DNA of 64,000 bases from an uncultured Gammaproteobacteria bacterium (GCA_963843985.1 CAWJMS010000033.1:278951-342950); one strand, 5' to 3'. Positions 29,555 through 43,152 are shown, numbered from the stretch's first letter. The notes: a model not told the origin generated them from the sequence alone. A program made the numbers and translations.

Positions 29555-31881
29555 TCAATCGGCGTCGGGGGGCGGCGGCGCAAGCACTTCGCGGCTGCCG
29601 TTCGACTGCAGCGGACCGACGAGGCCCACGGCTTCCATCGCCTCGATCATCCGTGCCGCGCGGTTGTAGCCGATCTTCAGCCGGCGCTGCACGCCGGAAA
29701 TCGACGCCTTGCGGCTCTCGGTGACGATGCGGACGGCTTCGTCGTAGAGCGGATCCTGTTCGGGATCGCCGCCCTCCTCGCCTTCGCCGCCGGCCTCGCC
29801 GGACAGGCCGGGGATCGGCGCGGACGGGCCGTCGAGGATGTCGTCGAGGTAGACCGGCGGGCTCATCGTGCGCAGCGAGCCGACGACCCGGTGCACTTCC
29901 TGGTCCGACACGAACGCGCCGTGCACGCGCACCGGTATCGAGGTGCCGGGCTGCAGGAACAGCATGTCGCCGTGGCCGAGCAGGCTCTCGGCGCCGCTCT
30001 GGTCGAGGATGGTGCGCGAATCCACCTTGGCCGACACCTGGAACGCGATGCGCGTCGGGATGTTGGCCTTGATCAGGCCCGTGATCACGTCGACCGACGG
30101 CCGCTGCGTGGCGAGGATCAGGTGGATGCCCGAGGCGCGCGCCTTCTGCGCGAGGCGCGCGATGAGTTCCTCCACCTTCTTGCCGACGATCATCATCATG
30201 TCGGCGAGTTCGTCGACGATCACGACGACGTACGGCAGCGGCTTCGAGGAAAGGCACGGTGTCCGGATCGCCGCCCGGCGGCAGCCGCTTCATCTCGAGC
30301 GGATCGCGCATCGGCGTGCCGGCGTCGGCGAGATCCTTCACCTTGCGGTTGAAGCCGGCGAGGTTGCGCACGCCGGCCGCGGCCATCAACTGGTAGCGGC
30401 GCTCCATTTCCGCGACGCACCAGCGCAGCGCGTTCGCCGCCTGCTTCATGTCGGTGACGACCGGCGCGTACAGGTGCGGGATGCCCTCGTAGACCGAGAG
30501 CTCCAGCATCTTCGGGTCGACCATGATCAGCCGCACGTGCTCGGGCGTCGCCTTGTACAGCAGCGACAGCACCATCGCGTTGATGGCCGTCGACTTGCCG
30601 GAGCCGGTGGTGCCGCCGACCAGCAGGTGCGGCATGCGGGCGAGGTCCGCGACGATCGGGTTGCCGCCGATGTCCTTGCCGAGCACCAGCGCGAGCGGCG
30701 ACGACATGTCGTCGTAGGCCTTGGACTTGATGATTTCGCCGAGCGTGACGATCTCGCGCGTCTCGTTCGGGATCTCGATGCCCATCGTGGACTTGCCGGG
30801 AATGATCTCGACGACGCGCACGCTCACGGCGGAGAGCGCGCGCGCCAGGTCCTTCGCGAGGTTCGAGATCTGCGCGACCTTCACGCCCGGCGCCGGCCGC
30901 AGCTCGAAGCGCGTGATCACCGGGCCCGGGTGCACCTCGACGACCTCGGCCTCGACGCCGAAATCGCGCAGCTTCAGTTCCACGAGGCGCGACATCGCCT
31001 CGAGCGCCTCGGCCGAATAGCCGCCGTGCCGCGGCCGGCGCGTCGTCGAGCAGCGACAGCGCCGGCAGCGACGTGGCGCCCGGCTTCTCGAACATCGGGA
31101 CCTGCTTTTCCTTCTCGACGCGCTCGCTCTTCTCGACCTTCGGCGCCGGCGCCTCGATCCGCGGCGGCTTGCGGTCCGCGACCTTCTTCTGTTCTTCGCG
31201 CACGACTTCCTGTCGCGCCTGCTTCACCTCGCGTCCGGCCTTCGCGTCGCGCGCGGCCGACAGCCGGTCCCGCAGCCACGAAATCGCGAGCAGCACGCCG
31301 CGACCGATCCGGTCCATCACGTCGAGCCAGGAGATGCCGGTGCAGAGCGACACCGAGGCGAGCCAGACGGCGAGCAGCAGCAGCGTGGCGCCGAGGAAGC
31401 TCATGGCGCTGGGCAAGGCCGTCGCCGGCCAGCGTGCCGAGCAGGCCGCCCGCGGTGTTCGGGAACGAGCCGCCCGAGAAATGCAGCGTCGCCAGTCCGC
31501 AGCTGCTCGCGAGCGCCAGCACGAAACCGAGGCCGCGCAGCGTCGACGTGCGGCGATCGACGGGCTCCGGATTGCGGCGCCCCTGGAAGAGATTCCAGCC
31601 CGCGATACCGAGCATGATCGGGAACAGGTAGGCCGGGCGCGCCGAACAGCACGAAGAACAGGTCGGAGAGCCACGCGCCGAACGGACCGATCAGGTTCGT
31701 CGACCGGTCCCGGTTGTCCCGTCGAGGTGAACGAAGGGTCGGCGCGGTCGTAGCTGATCAGCGCGACGAACAGGATCAGCGCCAGTGCGCCGAAGATCCA
31801 CAGCGCGCTTTCGCGCAAGCCTCGCGCAACGTTGGCCGCCTGTGCGCCGCCGGCCGCGCGCTTCTGCTCGAGTCTAGCCAC
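29555..31881 (-). CDS. ftsK: DNA translocase FtsK (at least 5 apparent frameshifts)
   Basis: N-terminal membrane segment is MARLEQKR...[18 protein letters not shown]. The motor has Walker [10 protein letters not shown] and ...[10 protein letters not shown]. The gamma domain reads [21 protein letters not shown]. The pieces are spread over ORFs 30220..31881, 30974..31615, 29496..30995 and 29555..30223. Confidence 0.9.
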
Positions 31882-32058
31882 CAGAGATCACCTGAAAGCT
31901 CAATACTTTGCCGTAAGCCCATGAGTCTACGAGGATTACACGCCGTTGGACAGGGCTCCGGCCGACCGGCTGCGGGGCGCCTGCAAGCGCGCGCATGGCG
32001 ACATGGCCGCGGGTGCTTTGCCGCGGGGCAGGGAGTTGCTTACCATGCCGCGCCCTGA

Positions 32059-33085
<1,027 letters not shown>

Positions 33086-33103
33086 CCGCCGCCGCCTTCG
33101 GCC

Positions 33104-34272
33104 ATGCCGTTGAAGGCGGAACTCACCGGCAGCATCGCGGACCTGCCGCGCGCCGAGTGGGATGCGCTCGACCCGACCGGCCACCCGTTCGCTGCGCCAC
33201 GCCTTTCTCGAGTCGCTCGAGAGCACCGGCTGCGTCGGGCGGCGACTCGGCTGGATGCCGCGCCACCTGGCGATCCGCGACGCGCGCGGCGCGCTCGTCG
33301 CCGCCGTGCCGCAGTACCTGAAGGCGCATTCCTGGGGCGAGTTCATCTTCGACTTGAGCTGGGCGCAGGGCGTACGCGCGCTCGGGACTCGAGTACTACC
33401 CGAAGCTGCTGTCGGCCATCCCGTTCACGCCGGTCACCGGGCCCCGCCTGCTCGTGCGCCCGGACGTCGAGGCCGACGGGCTGCGCGACTCGCTCGCGGA
33501 GCTGCTGATCGAGTCGGCGCGCGCGACCGGCGCCTCGGGCGCACACGTCAATTTCACGACCGCCGAGGACCAGGCCGCCCTGGAGCGCGCGGGCTTCCTG
33601 CGCCGGCACGACTGCCGCTTCCTGTGGCGCAACGCGGGTTATCGCGATTTCGACGATTTCCTCGCGCGCTTCCGCGCCGACAAGCGCAAGAAGGCCCGGC
33701 GCGAACGGCGCCGCGTCGCCGAATCGGGCATCGAGTTCCGCACGCTGCGCGGCGAGGAGATGGACGCCGCGCTCTGGCGCGTGGTGTTCGGGTTCTCGGA
33801 GCGCACGTTCCTGCGGCACGGCAACGACCACTACCTGAGCGTCGACTTCCTGCGCGCTGGTGTCGCGCCTGCTGCCCGGCACGATCATGGTGAAGCTCGC
33901 GCGAACGCGATGGCGCGCCGGTGGCGGCCGCGATCTTCTTCCGCGGCGTCGACTCGCTGTACGGCCGCTACTGGGGTTCCGCGCGCGCCGAGGACTCGCC
34001 TGCATTTCGAAGCCTGCTACTACCAGGGCATCGACTACTGCATCGAGCACGGGCTGCAGACGCTTCGACCCCGGCACGCAGGGCGAGCACAAGATCGCGC
34101 GCGGCTTCGAGCCGACGCCGCACGTGCTCCGCGCACTGGCTGGCGCATCCGGGATTCGCCGACGCCGATCGGCCGCTACCTGCGAGCGCGAGCGCGCGGC
34201 CATCGACGACTACATCGCCGCGGCCGCGCGCGCACCTGCCCTTCCACCGCGACGGAGGCGACGCCGGCGTGA
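33104..34272 (+). CDS. DUF482 / FemAB-like GNAT-fold N-acetyltransferase family protein (several apparent frameshifts)
   Basis: Recognisable segments are [22 protein letters not shown]..., [13 protein letters not shown]...[27 protein letters not shown] and [17 protein letters not shown]. The stop TGA overlaps the aat start (GTGA). Confidence 0.6.
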
Positions 34273-34988
34273 TCCCGTGGCTGCGCCCGACCGATCCGCC
34301 GGACGCGTTCCCGCCGGTCGTCCGACGCGCTCGACGAGCCGGACGGCCTGCTGTGCGTCGGCGGCGACCTCTCGCCCGCGCGACTGCTCGCGGCGTACCG
34401 GCGCGGCATCTTCCCCTGGTACTCGGAGGGACAGCCGATCCTGTGGTGGTCGCCCGATCCGCGCGTCGGTGCTGTTCCCCGGCGAACTTCAGCGTGACGC
34501 GCAGCCTTGCGAAGACGATCCGCAACCGGGGCTATCGACGCGTCACGTCGACCGGGCGTTCGCGGACGTGATCGAACCTGTGCGGCGACGGCACGCTGCG
34601 GCCGGAGGGCACCTGGATCTCGCCCGACATGCGCGCGGCGTACGCGCGCCTGCACGCGCTCGGCCATGCCCACTCCGTCGAGACCTGGCTCGACGGGCGC
34701 CTGGTCGGCGGCCTGTACGGCGTCGCGCTCGGGCGGGTCTTCTTCGGCGAGTCGATGTTCAGCACGGAGCGCGACGCGTCGAAGGTCGCGCTGCACGGCC
34801 TGGTCCAGGCGTTGCGCGCGAGCAACGTCGAGCTGATCGACTGCCAGATCGCCAGCCCGCACCTCGAGAGCCTCGGCGCGCGCGCGATCCCCCGGCGCGA
34901 GTTCGTCGCGCACCTCGAGCGGTGCATCACGGACCTGCGACCGGCGCCCGGTTGGCCCGGACCGCACGCGCCGGGCAACGGGAATTAG
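34269..34988 (+). CDS. aat: leucyl/phenylalanyl-tRNA--protein transferase (several apparent frameshifts)
   Basis: GTG-IPWL start, then [26 protein letters not shown]..., [11 protein letters not shown] and [49 protein letters not shown]. It lies upstream of infA as in E. coli. Confidence 0.85.
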
Positions 34989-35071
34989 CGCGCTCGCCGG
35001 CCGGTTCTCGTTGCAATGGATGGAGCGTTTATGCAGAATTCGCGCGGCTTCTCCGGCCGTCGAGAGGGTGC

Positions 35072-35291
35072 ATGTCGAAGGAAGATGCGATCCAGATGGA
35101 AGGCAAGGTCGTGGAAACCCTGCCCAACACGACGTTCCGCGTGCAGTTGCAGAACGGCCACCTCGTGACCGCGCACATCTCCGGCAAGATGCGCAAGAAC
35201 TACATCCGCATCCTCACGGGCGACGCCGTCACCGTCGAGATGACGCCCGTACGATCTGACCAAGGGCCGCATCGTCTACCGCGGCCGCTGA
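35072..35291 (+). CDS. infA: translation initiation factor IF-1 (one apparent 1-nt insertion near the 3' end)
   Basis: [59 protein letters not shown], then [13 protein letters not shown] after removing one C from the run acgCCCgtac (~35247). The envelope is 220 nt where 219 is expected. Confidence 0.95.
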
Positions 35292-35323
35292 TCGCCCGCG
35301 ACGCGCGAATCGCGCAACGAACA

Positions 35324-35347
35324 AGGCCGGCATCGCCGGCCTTTTTC
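35324..35347 (+). terminator. rho-independent terminator downstream of infA
   Basis: AGGCCGGC-atc-GCCGGCCT hairpin followed by TTTTC. Confidence 0.7.
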
Positions 35348-35480
35348 ATTTCTCCATCTGCCACGTCGACGTCGCACCAGGATCGAGTCGTGCGACCGCA
35401 TGGGCTGCATGCGCCGTGCGAGTTCTCGCGCCCTGGCGAGGACTCGCTCAGGCGCCCGGCGTCAGGCGTTCGTTCGGGAT

Positions 35481-35630
35481 TCTCTCCCCGCGAGCGTGTC
35501 TTCTTTCCGCTCGCGGGGAGAGAACCCGGAACGGACGCCATGCTCACAACCCTCACCCGCCTGTCGGCGACCTCTCCCGCAAGCGGGAGAGGTGAGTCAC
35601 CGCTCACTCCGCAAGCGGGAGAGGTGAGAC
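35481..35630. repeat. cluster of REP-type palindromic elements (between convergent infA and clpA)
   Basis: One hairpin is tctctccccgcgagcg-N11-cgctcgcggggagaga (35481-35523). A unit ccctcacccgc...cctctcccgcaagcgggagaggtg (35550-35594) is followed by a second ctccgcaagcgggagaggtg. The same family occurs at 44380-44476, 44763-44783 and 50559-50657. Confidence 0.8.
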
Positions 35631-35645
35631 CGCGAGCCGGAGAGC

Positions 35646-37920
35646 CTATTCGAGCAGCGCGGGCTCCTCCGCCGAGCGCGCCTCGACCTTGAGCTGATCG
35701 TCCGGCCCCACGCTGACGAAGGCGTGGCCGCCCTTCTGCAGCCGGCCGAACAGCAACTCCTCGGCCAGCGGCCGCTTGATGTGCTCCTGGATGATGCGCG
35801 CCATCGGCCGCGCGCCCATCTTCGGATCGTAGCCGCGCTTCGCGATCCACTGGCGCGCTTCGTCGTCGATGTGCAGCGCGACGCCCTTCTGCTCGAGCTG
35901 CGCCTCGACCTCGACCAGCAGCTTGTCGACGACACGCTCGATCGTCCGCTCGTCGAGCGACTCGAACTGGACGATCGCGTCGAGGCGGTTGCGGAACTCC
36001 GGCGCGAACAGCCGCTTGATGGCTTCCATGCCGTCGGTCGCGTGGTCCTGCGCGACGAAGCCGATCGACGCGCGGCTCATCTCCGAGGCGCCGGCGTTGG
36101 TCGTCATCACGATCACGACGTGGCGGAAATCCGCCTTGCGGCCGTTGTTGTCGGTCAGCGTGCCGTGGTCCATGACCTGCAGCAGCAGGTTGAACACGTC
36201 CGGGTGCGCCTTCTCGATCTCGTCGAGCAGCAGCACGCAGTGCGGGTGCTTGGTGATCGCCTCGGTGAGCAGCCCGCCCTGGTCGAAACCGACGTAGCCC
36301 GGCGGCGCGCCGATCAGCCGCGACACCGTGTGCCGCTCCATGTACTCGGACATGTCGAAGCGGATCAGCTCGACGCCGAGCGTCAGCGCGAGCTGGCGCG
36401 TCACCTCGGTCTTGCCGACGCCGGTCGGACCGGCGAACAGGAACGAGCCCACCGGCTTGTGCTGGTCGCCCAGGCCCGAGCGCGACATCTTGATCGACGA
36501 CGCCAGCGTCTCGATCGCCTTGTCCTGACCGAAGATGACGAGCTTCAGGTTGCGCTCGAGGTTGCGCAGCACGTCGCGGTCGCTGCTGGAGACCGTCTTC
36601 GGCGGGATGCGCGCGATGCGCGCGACGACGTCCTCGATGTGCGCGACGGTGACCGTCTCCTCGCGGGCCTCCGGCGGCCTCAGGCGCAGGCGCGCGCCGG
36701 CCTCGTCGATGACGTCGATGGCCTTGTCCGGCAGGTGGCGGTCGTTGATGTGGCGGGCCGACAGTTCCGCGGCGGCCGTCAGCGACTCGTCGGCGTAGCG
36801 GATGCCGTGGTGCTCCTCGAACTTGGGCCTGAGGCCGCGCAGGATCTCGATCGTTTCGGGCACCGTCGGCTCGACGATGTCGATCTTCTGGAAGCGGCGC
36901 GTCAGCGCGTGGTCCTTCTCGAAGATGCCGCGGTACTCCTGGTAGGTGGTCGAACCGATGCAGCGCAGCTCGCCGTTGGCGAGCGCCGGCTTGATCAGGT
37001 TCGACGCGTCCATGACGCCGCCCGACGCCGCGCCGGCGCCGATGACGGTGTGGATCTCGTCGATGAACAGGATCGCGCCGGGCTGCTTCTTGATCTCGGC
37101 GAGCACGCCCTTCAGGCGCTTCTCGAAGTCGCCGCGATACTTGGTGCCGGCGATCAGCGAGCCGAGGTCGAGCGAGAACACGACGCTGTCGGCCAGCACG
37201 TCGGGCACCTTGCCCTCGACGATCAGGCGCGCGAGGCCTTCGACCAGCGCGGTCTTGCCGACGCCGGCCTCGCCGACGTAGAGCGGGTTGTTCTTGCGCC
37301 GGCGGCAGAGGATCTCGACCGTGCGCTCGATCTCGAGCTGGCGGCCGATCAGCGGATCGATGCGGCCCTGCTCCGCGAGCTTGTTCAGGTTGGTGGCGTA
37401 CTTGTCGAGCGCCGAGCCGCCCTCGGCGTCGCGCTCGCCCTCCGGCTGCGGCGTGGCCTCGTCGCTCGGCCGCTCGCGCTCGTCGCCGGGCTTGGCGAGC
37501 CCGTGCGAGATGAAGTTGACGACGTCGAGGCGCGAGATGTCCTGCAGGCCGAGCAGGTAGACCGCGTGGCTGTGCTTCTCGCTGAAGATGGCGACCAGCA
37601 CGTTGGCGACCGAGACTTCCTTCTTGCCGCTCGACTGCACGTGGAAGACGGCGCGCTGCAGCACCCGCTGGAAACCCAGCGTCGGCTGCACCTCGCGGTC
37701 GTCGTCCTGCTTCAGGCGCGGCGTCGTCTGGTCGACGAATTCCTTCAGTTCCTTGCGCAGGCGCGCGGCGTCGGCGCCGCAGGCACGGAGGATCTCGCGC
37801 ACCTTCGGGCGTATCGATGATCGCGAGCAGCAGGTGCTCGACCGTCATGAATTCGTGGCGCGCGTCACGGGCCCCCTGGAAGGCCTCGTTCAGGCAGATC
37901 TCGAGTTCGCTGCTCAACAC
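35646..37920 (-). CDS. clpA: ATP-dependent Clp protease ATP-binding subunit ClpA (one apparent frameshift near 37800)
   Basis: The GTG start lies 4 nt after the clpS stop ([39 protein letters not shown]). The 718-aa main frame has Walker A motifs GEAGVGKT and GPTGVGKT. The break is at a CCC run. Confidence 0.95.
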
Positions 37921-37924
37921 GTGT

Positions 37925-38242
37925 TCAGGCCTCTTCCATCGTGCACAGGAGGGGGTGCTGCTGCTGCCGGGCGTAGGTGGTGACCTGCGCGACCTTGGTC
38001 TCCGCGATCTCGAATGTATACACCCCGCAGACGCCCTTGCCACGGGTGTGCACCTCGAGCATGACACGGGTCGCAGTCGTGCGGTCCATGCCGAAAATGT
38101 GCTCCAGCACGTCGACGACGAACTCCATCGGGGTGTAATCGTCGTTCAGCAGCACGACCTGGTAGAGGGGCGGCCGCTTGGTCTGCGGCAGCGCCTCCTC
38201 GACGATCAGGCCATGGTTATGTTGTGGATGTTCCTCGCTCAT
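37925..38242 (-). CDS. clpS: ATP-dependent Clp protease adaptor ClpS
   Basis: Intact 105-aa ORF; ...[27 protein letters not shown]...[27 protein letters not shown]. Confidence 0.95.
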   Translation of the reverse strand: MSEEHPQHNHGLIVEEALPQTKRPPLYQVVLLNDDYTPMEFVVDVLEHIFGMDRTTATRVMLEVHTRGKGVCGVYTFEIAETKVAQVTTYARQQQHPLLCTMEEA

Positions 38243-38419
38243 CTGCCGCCTGCCCTGCCTCCGCCCCTATATAGGGCCGTCACCTGCCCCTGACAAGCTT
38301 ACCCATCCGCAATTTGCGCAACGACCTTGAGGCGGTGTCGCCCAAGTCCGTATGATGCCGCCACCCCGGCCGAACCTGGGTAGAACCGCCTTGCCGGACG
38401 GACACTTACACGAGCCCCG

Positions 38420-39394
38420 ATGCAGTTTCCGAAGAGCCTGAGCAACCTAGCCTCGGTCGCAGATGGGGCCCGATCCGACGGGTGGGTCAAGACCCTGCCC
38501 TGGCTGGTTTCGGCCGGCGCTGGTCGTGCTGCTGGCCTGGCAACTGGTCCAGCTCGGCTGGGCGCTGCTCGACCGGAGCCACGGTCTGGCCGGCCCGAAG
38601 CCGGACCGGCGGCGGCCGCGCCGACGCCTGCGACGCGAGCGGTGGACGTGCAGGCCATCATCAACGCCCACCTGTTCGGCGCGGCGACCGCGCCCGGCGC
38701 CGGCGAAACCGACCCGAATTCGGTCGCCGCCACGCAGATGAGCCTGGTGCTGGTCGGGACGATCGCCGAAGCCGACCCGGGCCGAGGCTACGCCATCATC
38801 GGCGAGAACGCCGCGTCGGCAAAGGTCTACGCCGTCGGCAAGACCATCACCGGCGGCACCAAGCTGCACTCGGTCTACCCGGATCGCGCGATCCTCGACC
38901 GCGGCGGCAAGCTCGAGGCGCTGTTGCTGCCGAAGCAATACCAGGGCGGGCCCGGACGCCCCGTCGCCGCGAGTGGCCCCGCGCCCGACGCGCTGCTCGG
39001 CGAGCATCTGCGCCAGCTCGCCACCGAGAATCCGGCGGCCATCACCGAGATCCTGCGGCCGCAGCCGGTCTTCGCGAACGGCCAGCAGCGCGGGTACCGG
39101 GTCTACCCGGGCCGCAACCGGCAGCAGTTCACGAAGCTCGGCCTGATGCCGGGCGACCTCGTCACCGCCATCAACGGGACGCCGCTCGACGACCCGGGCC
39201 GCGGCATGGAAATCCTGCAGTCGATGAACAGCGCGACCGACGTCACGGTGACGGTCGAGCGCAACGGCCAGAGTACCCAGATCAGCATCAACAACGCCCA
39301 GGTCGCCGCGGACGCCGCCGCGGCCGCCGCCATGCCCGAGACCATCCCGGTGTCGGAAGTCCCGAGCATGCCCGCCCAGGATCCTTCGGAGTGA
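38420..39394 (+). CDS. gspC: type II secretion system protein C (PDZ domain; 1-2 apparent frameshifts in the N-terminal region)
   Basis: The TM helix PALVVLLAWQLVQLGWALL lies in the alternative frame (38463 ORF). An HR-like region reads LVLVGTIAEADPGRGYAIIGENAASAKVYAVGKTI...AILDRGGKLEAL. The PDZ-like region is GYRVYPGRNRQQFTKLGLMPGDLVTAINGTPLDD. It is directly upstream of gspD. Confidence 0.75.
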   Translation: MQFPKSLSNLASVADGARSDGWVKTLPWLVSAGAGRAAGLATGPARLGAARPEPRSGRPEAGPAAAAPTPATRAVDVQAIINAHLFGAATAPGAGETDPNSVAATQMSLVLVGTIAEADPGRGYAIIGENAASAKVYAVGKTITGGTKLHSVYPDRAILDRGGKLEALLLPKQYQGGPGRPVAASGPAPDALLGEHLRQLATENPAAITEILRPQPVFANGQQRGYRVYPGRNRQQFTKLGLMPGDLVTAINGTPLDDPGRGMEILQSMNSATDVTVTVERNGQSTQISINNAQVAADAAAAAAMPETIPVSEVPSMPAQDPSE

Positions 39395-39396
39395 CG

Positions 39397-41623
39397 ATGA
39401 AGCCCAAGCTGTTCAACCGGGTCGCCCTCGCCGCCGCCAGCTTCGCGCTGACGGCGCTGGTCGGACTCGCGCTGCCGCACGATGTCGCCGCGCAGTCCCA
39501 GGCACAGGGGGCCATCACCCCGAATTACAAGGACGCGGATCTCGGCCAGATCATCGAGGCCGTGAGCGCGGTGACCGGCAAGAACTTCATCGTCGACCCG
39601 CGCGTCAAGGCCCAGGTGACGATGCTCTCCTCGACGCCGATGTCGCCGGACGCGTTCTACGAGGCGTTCCTGTCGATCCTGCAGGTGCACGGCTTCGTGG
39701 CCGTGCCCTCGGGCGACGTGATCAAGATCATCCCGGACGCGAACGCGCGCCAGCTGCCGTCCATCGACCTGCCCTCCCGCGTCAGCTCGACGTCGGACGA
39801 GATCGTGACGCAGGTCATCGCGGTCAAGAACGTCAGCGCGGCGCAGCTCGTGCCGATCCTGCGGCCGCTGATCCCGCAGTACGGCCACCTCGCCGCCTAC
39901 CCCTCGTCGAACATGCTGATCATTTCGGACCGCGCGTCGAACGTGTCGCGCATGGTGCGGATCATCCAGCGCATCGACCAGACCGGTGACGAGGCGATCG
40001 ACGTCATCCCGATGCAGCACGCGAGCGCGGCCGAAGTGGTGCGCATCGTGAACAGCCTCAACGCGAGCGCCGGCGCCGAGGGCGGCGGCATGCCGCAGGC
40101 CAAGGTCGTCGCGGATGAGCGCACCAACAGCGTGCTCGTGAGCGGCGAGACCTCGCAGCGCCTGCGCCTGAAGGCGCTCGATCACGCACCTCGACACGCC
40201 GCTCGAAGCGGGCGGCGACACGCAGGTGCGCTACCTGCGATACGCGGACGCCGAGAAGATTTCGCCAGAAGCTGCGCGAGCAGATCCAGGGCATCGCCGC
40301 GGCCGCGGTGGCCGCGGGCGGCGGCGCCGTTGCTGCCCCGGCAGCGGCCGGCGGCGGTGGCGGCGACAAGAGCGTCACCATCTGGGCCGAACCGCAGACC
40401 AATGCGCTCGTCGTGACGGCCCCGCCGAAGGTGATGCGCTCGGTCATGACGATCGTCGACCGGCTCGACATCCGCCGCGCGCAGGTGCTGGTCGAGGCGA
40501 TCCTGGTCGAAATGTCCATCGACAAGTCGATGGACCTCGGCGTGAACTGGATCATCGGAGACCGCGACGAGAACGGCAACCTGCTGCCAGCCGGCGGGTT
40601 CGTCCAGCCGGTGCAAGGCACCGGCATCGGCCAGATCCTGCAGGGCGTGCTGAATCCCGGCAGCGTCACGTCGCTGCCGAGCGGCCTGACGCTCGGCGTC
40701 GGCCAGATCGTCGAGAGCGGCTTCAGCTGGGCCGCGTTGATCCGCGCCATCGGCGGCGTGGGCAACACCAACATCATCGCCACGCCGTCGATCGTGACGC
40801 TCGACAACGAAGAGGCGGAGATCAAGATCGCGCAGGAGGTCCCGTTCATCACCGGCCAGTACACCAACACCGGCGTCGGCGGCGGCACGGGCACGGTCAA
40901 CCCGTTCACGACGGTGCAGCGCGAGGAAGTGGGCAACATCCTCAAGATCACGCCGCAGATCAACGAAGGCGACTCGGTGCTGCTGAAGATCTCGCAGGAG
41001 GCCTCGAGCATCGCGGCGAGCTCGCAGCAGGTGAGCAGCACGGACCTGATCACGAACAAGCGCACGATCTCGACCAAGGTGATGGTGGAGAACGGCGGCA
41101 TCATCGTGCTCGGCGGGCTGATCTCCGACGAAGTGCGCGAGAGCAATTCGCAGGTGCCGTTCCTCGGCTCGATCCCGGTGATCGGCGAGCTGTTCAAGAC
41201 GCGCAGCGTCAACAAGGTGAAGACGAACCTGATGGTCTTCATCCGCCCGCGCATCCTGCGCAGCGGCGTCGACGCGGCGATCGAGTCGAACGCCAAGTAC
41301 AACTACGTGCGCAAGCAACAGGTCGAACAGCACGACGGCCGGGTGCCGCTGATGTGGGGCGAGCACCAGCCCACGCTGCCGGCGCTCGAGCAGCTCGTGC
41401 CGCAGGAATTGCTGAACCCGGCCCGTGACGCGGCGCCGCCGGGCACGACGCCCGCCGAGCGCGCCGAGATCTCCAATTCGAACACGGCCAGCCCGCAGCC
41501 GGCACCGGCCCAGCCGCCGACCAGGCGCCCCCCCAGACGCCTCCCCAGGCGCCGCCGCCCGCCGCGCCGCCGCCGACGGCTCCCTTCGGCACGCCGACGC
41601 CGAATCCAGGCACGACGCCGTGA
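39397..41623 (+). CDS. gspD: type II secretion system secretin GspD (about 3 apparent frameshifts; Pro-rich C-terminal tail)
   Basis: Signal peptide MKPKLFNRVALAAASFALTALVGLALPHDVAA, then N0-N3 repeats (DADLGQIIEAVSAVTGKNFIVDP..., NMLIISDRASNVSRMVRIIQRID). The secretin core reads ATPSIVTLDNEEAEIKIAQEVPFITG...VPFLGSIPVIGELFK...NLMVFIRPRIL. Breaks are near 40180, 40260 and 41520. The stop overlaps the gspE start. Confidence 0.9.
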
Positions 41624-43143
41624 GCACGGCCGCGACGGACGAAGCGATCCTCGCGGCCGCGGGTCGCGTCAGCGATCCGTTGCGCCCGCTGCCGTTCGCG
41701 TTTGCGAAACGCCACGGCGTGCTCGTCCGCGACGTCAAGGACGATGCGGCCTACATCGTCGTGCGCGACGGCGCCTCGCCGCTGGCGCTCGCTGAAGTGC
41801 GCCGGCACCTGCGCCGCTCGCTGCACGTGGAGCGCGCGGACGCGGATCGCTTCGAGTCCTTGCTGCGCGAGGTGTATGAGGCCGGGTCGGGCACGACGAT
41901 GGACGCGATGGGCGGCCTCGAGGAAGAGACCGACCTCAACAACCTCGCGCAGGACATCCCGGAGCCGTCCGACCTGCTCGAGAGCGAGGACGAGGCGCCC
42001 GTCATCCGCCTGATCAACGCGCTGCTCACGCAGGCGGTGAAGGAAAGCGCCTCGGACATCCACGTCGAGCCGTTCGAGAACCGGCTGGTGATCCGCTTCC
42101 GGGTCGACGGCGTGCTGCGCGAAGTGCTGCAGACGAAGCGCGCGGTGGCGCCGCTGATCGTCTCGCGCATCAAGGTCATGTCGCGGCTCGACATCGCGGA
42201 AAAGCGCCTGCCGCAGGACGGCCGCATCTCGCTGCGCATCGCCGGCCGCGCGGTCGACGTCCGCGTCTCGACGATTCCCGCCGGGCACGGCGAGCGCGTC
42301 GTGCTGCGCCTGCTCGACAAGCAGGCGGGCCGCCTCGACCTGCAATCGCTCGGCATGGACCCGGTGACGCAGAGCCTGATCGACGAGATCATCCACAAGC
42401 CGAACGGCATCCTGCTCGTGACCGGCCCCACCGGCTCCGGCAAGACGACGACGCTGTACGCGGCGCTCGACCGGGTCAACGACCGCACGCGCAACATCAT
42501 GACGGTCGAGGATCCGATCGAGTACTACATCGACGGCATCGGCCAGACGCAGGTGAACACCCGCGTCGAGATGACGTTCGCGCGCGGCCTGCGCGCCATC
42601 CTGCGCCAGGACCCGGACGTGGTGATGGTCGGCGAAATCCGCGACCTCGAGACCGCGCAGATCGCCGTGCAGGCGTCGTTGACCGGTCACCTCGTGCTGT
42701 CGACCCTGCACACGAACACTGCCGTCGGCGCGGTCACGCGACTGCGCGACATGGGTATCGAGCCGTTCCTGCTGTCGTCGAGCCTCGTCGGCGTCGTCGC
42801 ACAGCGCCTCGTGCGCGTGCTGAACCCGGCCACGCGCGAGGCCTACACCGCAGGCGAATACGAGCGCCGGCTGCTGAACCTGCCCGACGACGCACCCTCG
42901 CCCACCCTCTACCGGCCGAATCCGCGCGACCCGACGGGCGGCTACCGCGGCCGCACGGGCATCTACGAACTCGTGCTGATCGACGAGCACGTGCGCACGA
43001 TGATCCACGACGGCGCCTCCGAGCTCGAACTGGAGCGGTACGTGCGCACTCGCACGCCCGGCATCCGGGACGACGGGCGCACCAAGGTGCTGGCCGGCAT
43101 CACGACCATCGAGGAAGTCCTCAAGGTCACGCGCGAGGACTGA
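41620..43143 (+). CDS. gspE: type II secretion system ATPase GspE
   Basis: The GTG start overlaps the gspD stop. Motifs are APVIRLINALLTQAVKESASDIHVEP, Walker A GPTGSGKTT, the Asp box and Walker B DPDVVMVGEIRD, and a His box. The gene is intact. Confidence 0.95.
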   Translation: MSTAATDEAILAAAGRVSDPLRPLPFAFAKRHGVLVRDVKDDAAYIVVRDGASPLALAEVRRHLRRSLHVERADADRFESLLREVYEAGSGTTMDAMGGLEEETDLNNLAQDIPEPSDLLESEDEAPVIRLINALLTQAVKESASDIHVEPFENRLVIRFRVDGVLREVLQTKRAVAPLIVSRIKVMSRLDIAEKRLPQDGRISLRIAGRAVDVRVSTIPAGHGERVVLRLLDKQAGRLDLQSLGMDPVTQSLIDEIIHKPNGILLVTGPTGSGKTTTLYAALDRVNDRTRNIMTVEDPIEYYIDGIGQTQVNTRVEMTFARGLRAILRQDPDVVMVGEIRDLETAQIAVQASLTGHLVLSTLHTNTAVGAVTRLRDMGIEPFLLSSSLVGVVAQRLVRVLNPATREAYTAGEYERRLLNLPDDAPSPTLYRPNPRDPTGGYRGRTGIYELVLIDEHVRTMIHDGASELELERYVRTRTPGIRDDGRTKVLAGITTIEEVLKVTRED

Positions 43144-43152
43144 CGCAGCAAC

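Noticed and set aside
29555-31881. Frame breaks in ftsK, ffh, infA and others read as genuine pseudogenes or programmed frameshifts.
   Set aside because: Too many essential genes are affected. Several inspected breaks are single-base changes in short homopolymers, and no slippery-heptamer or stimulatory structure pattern recurs. Assembly error is the simpler explanation.
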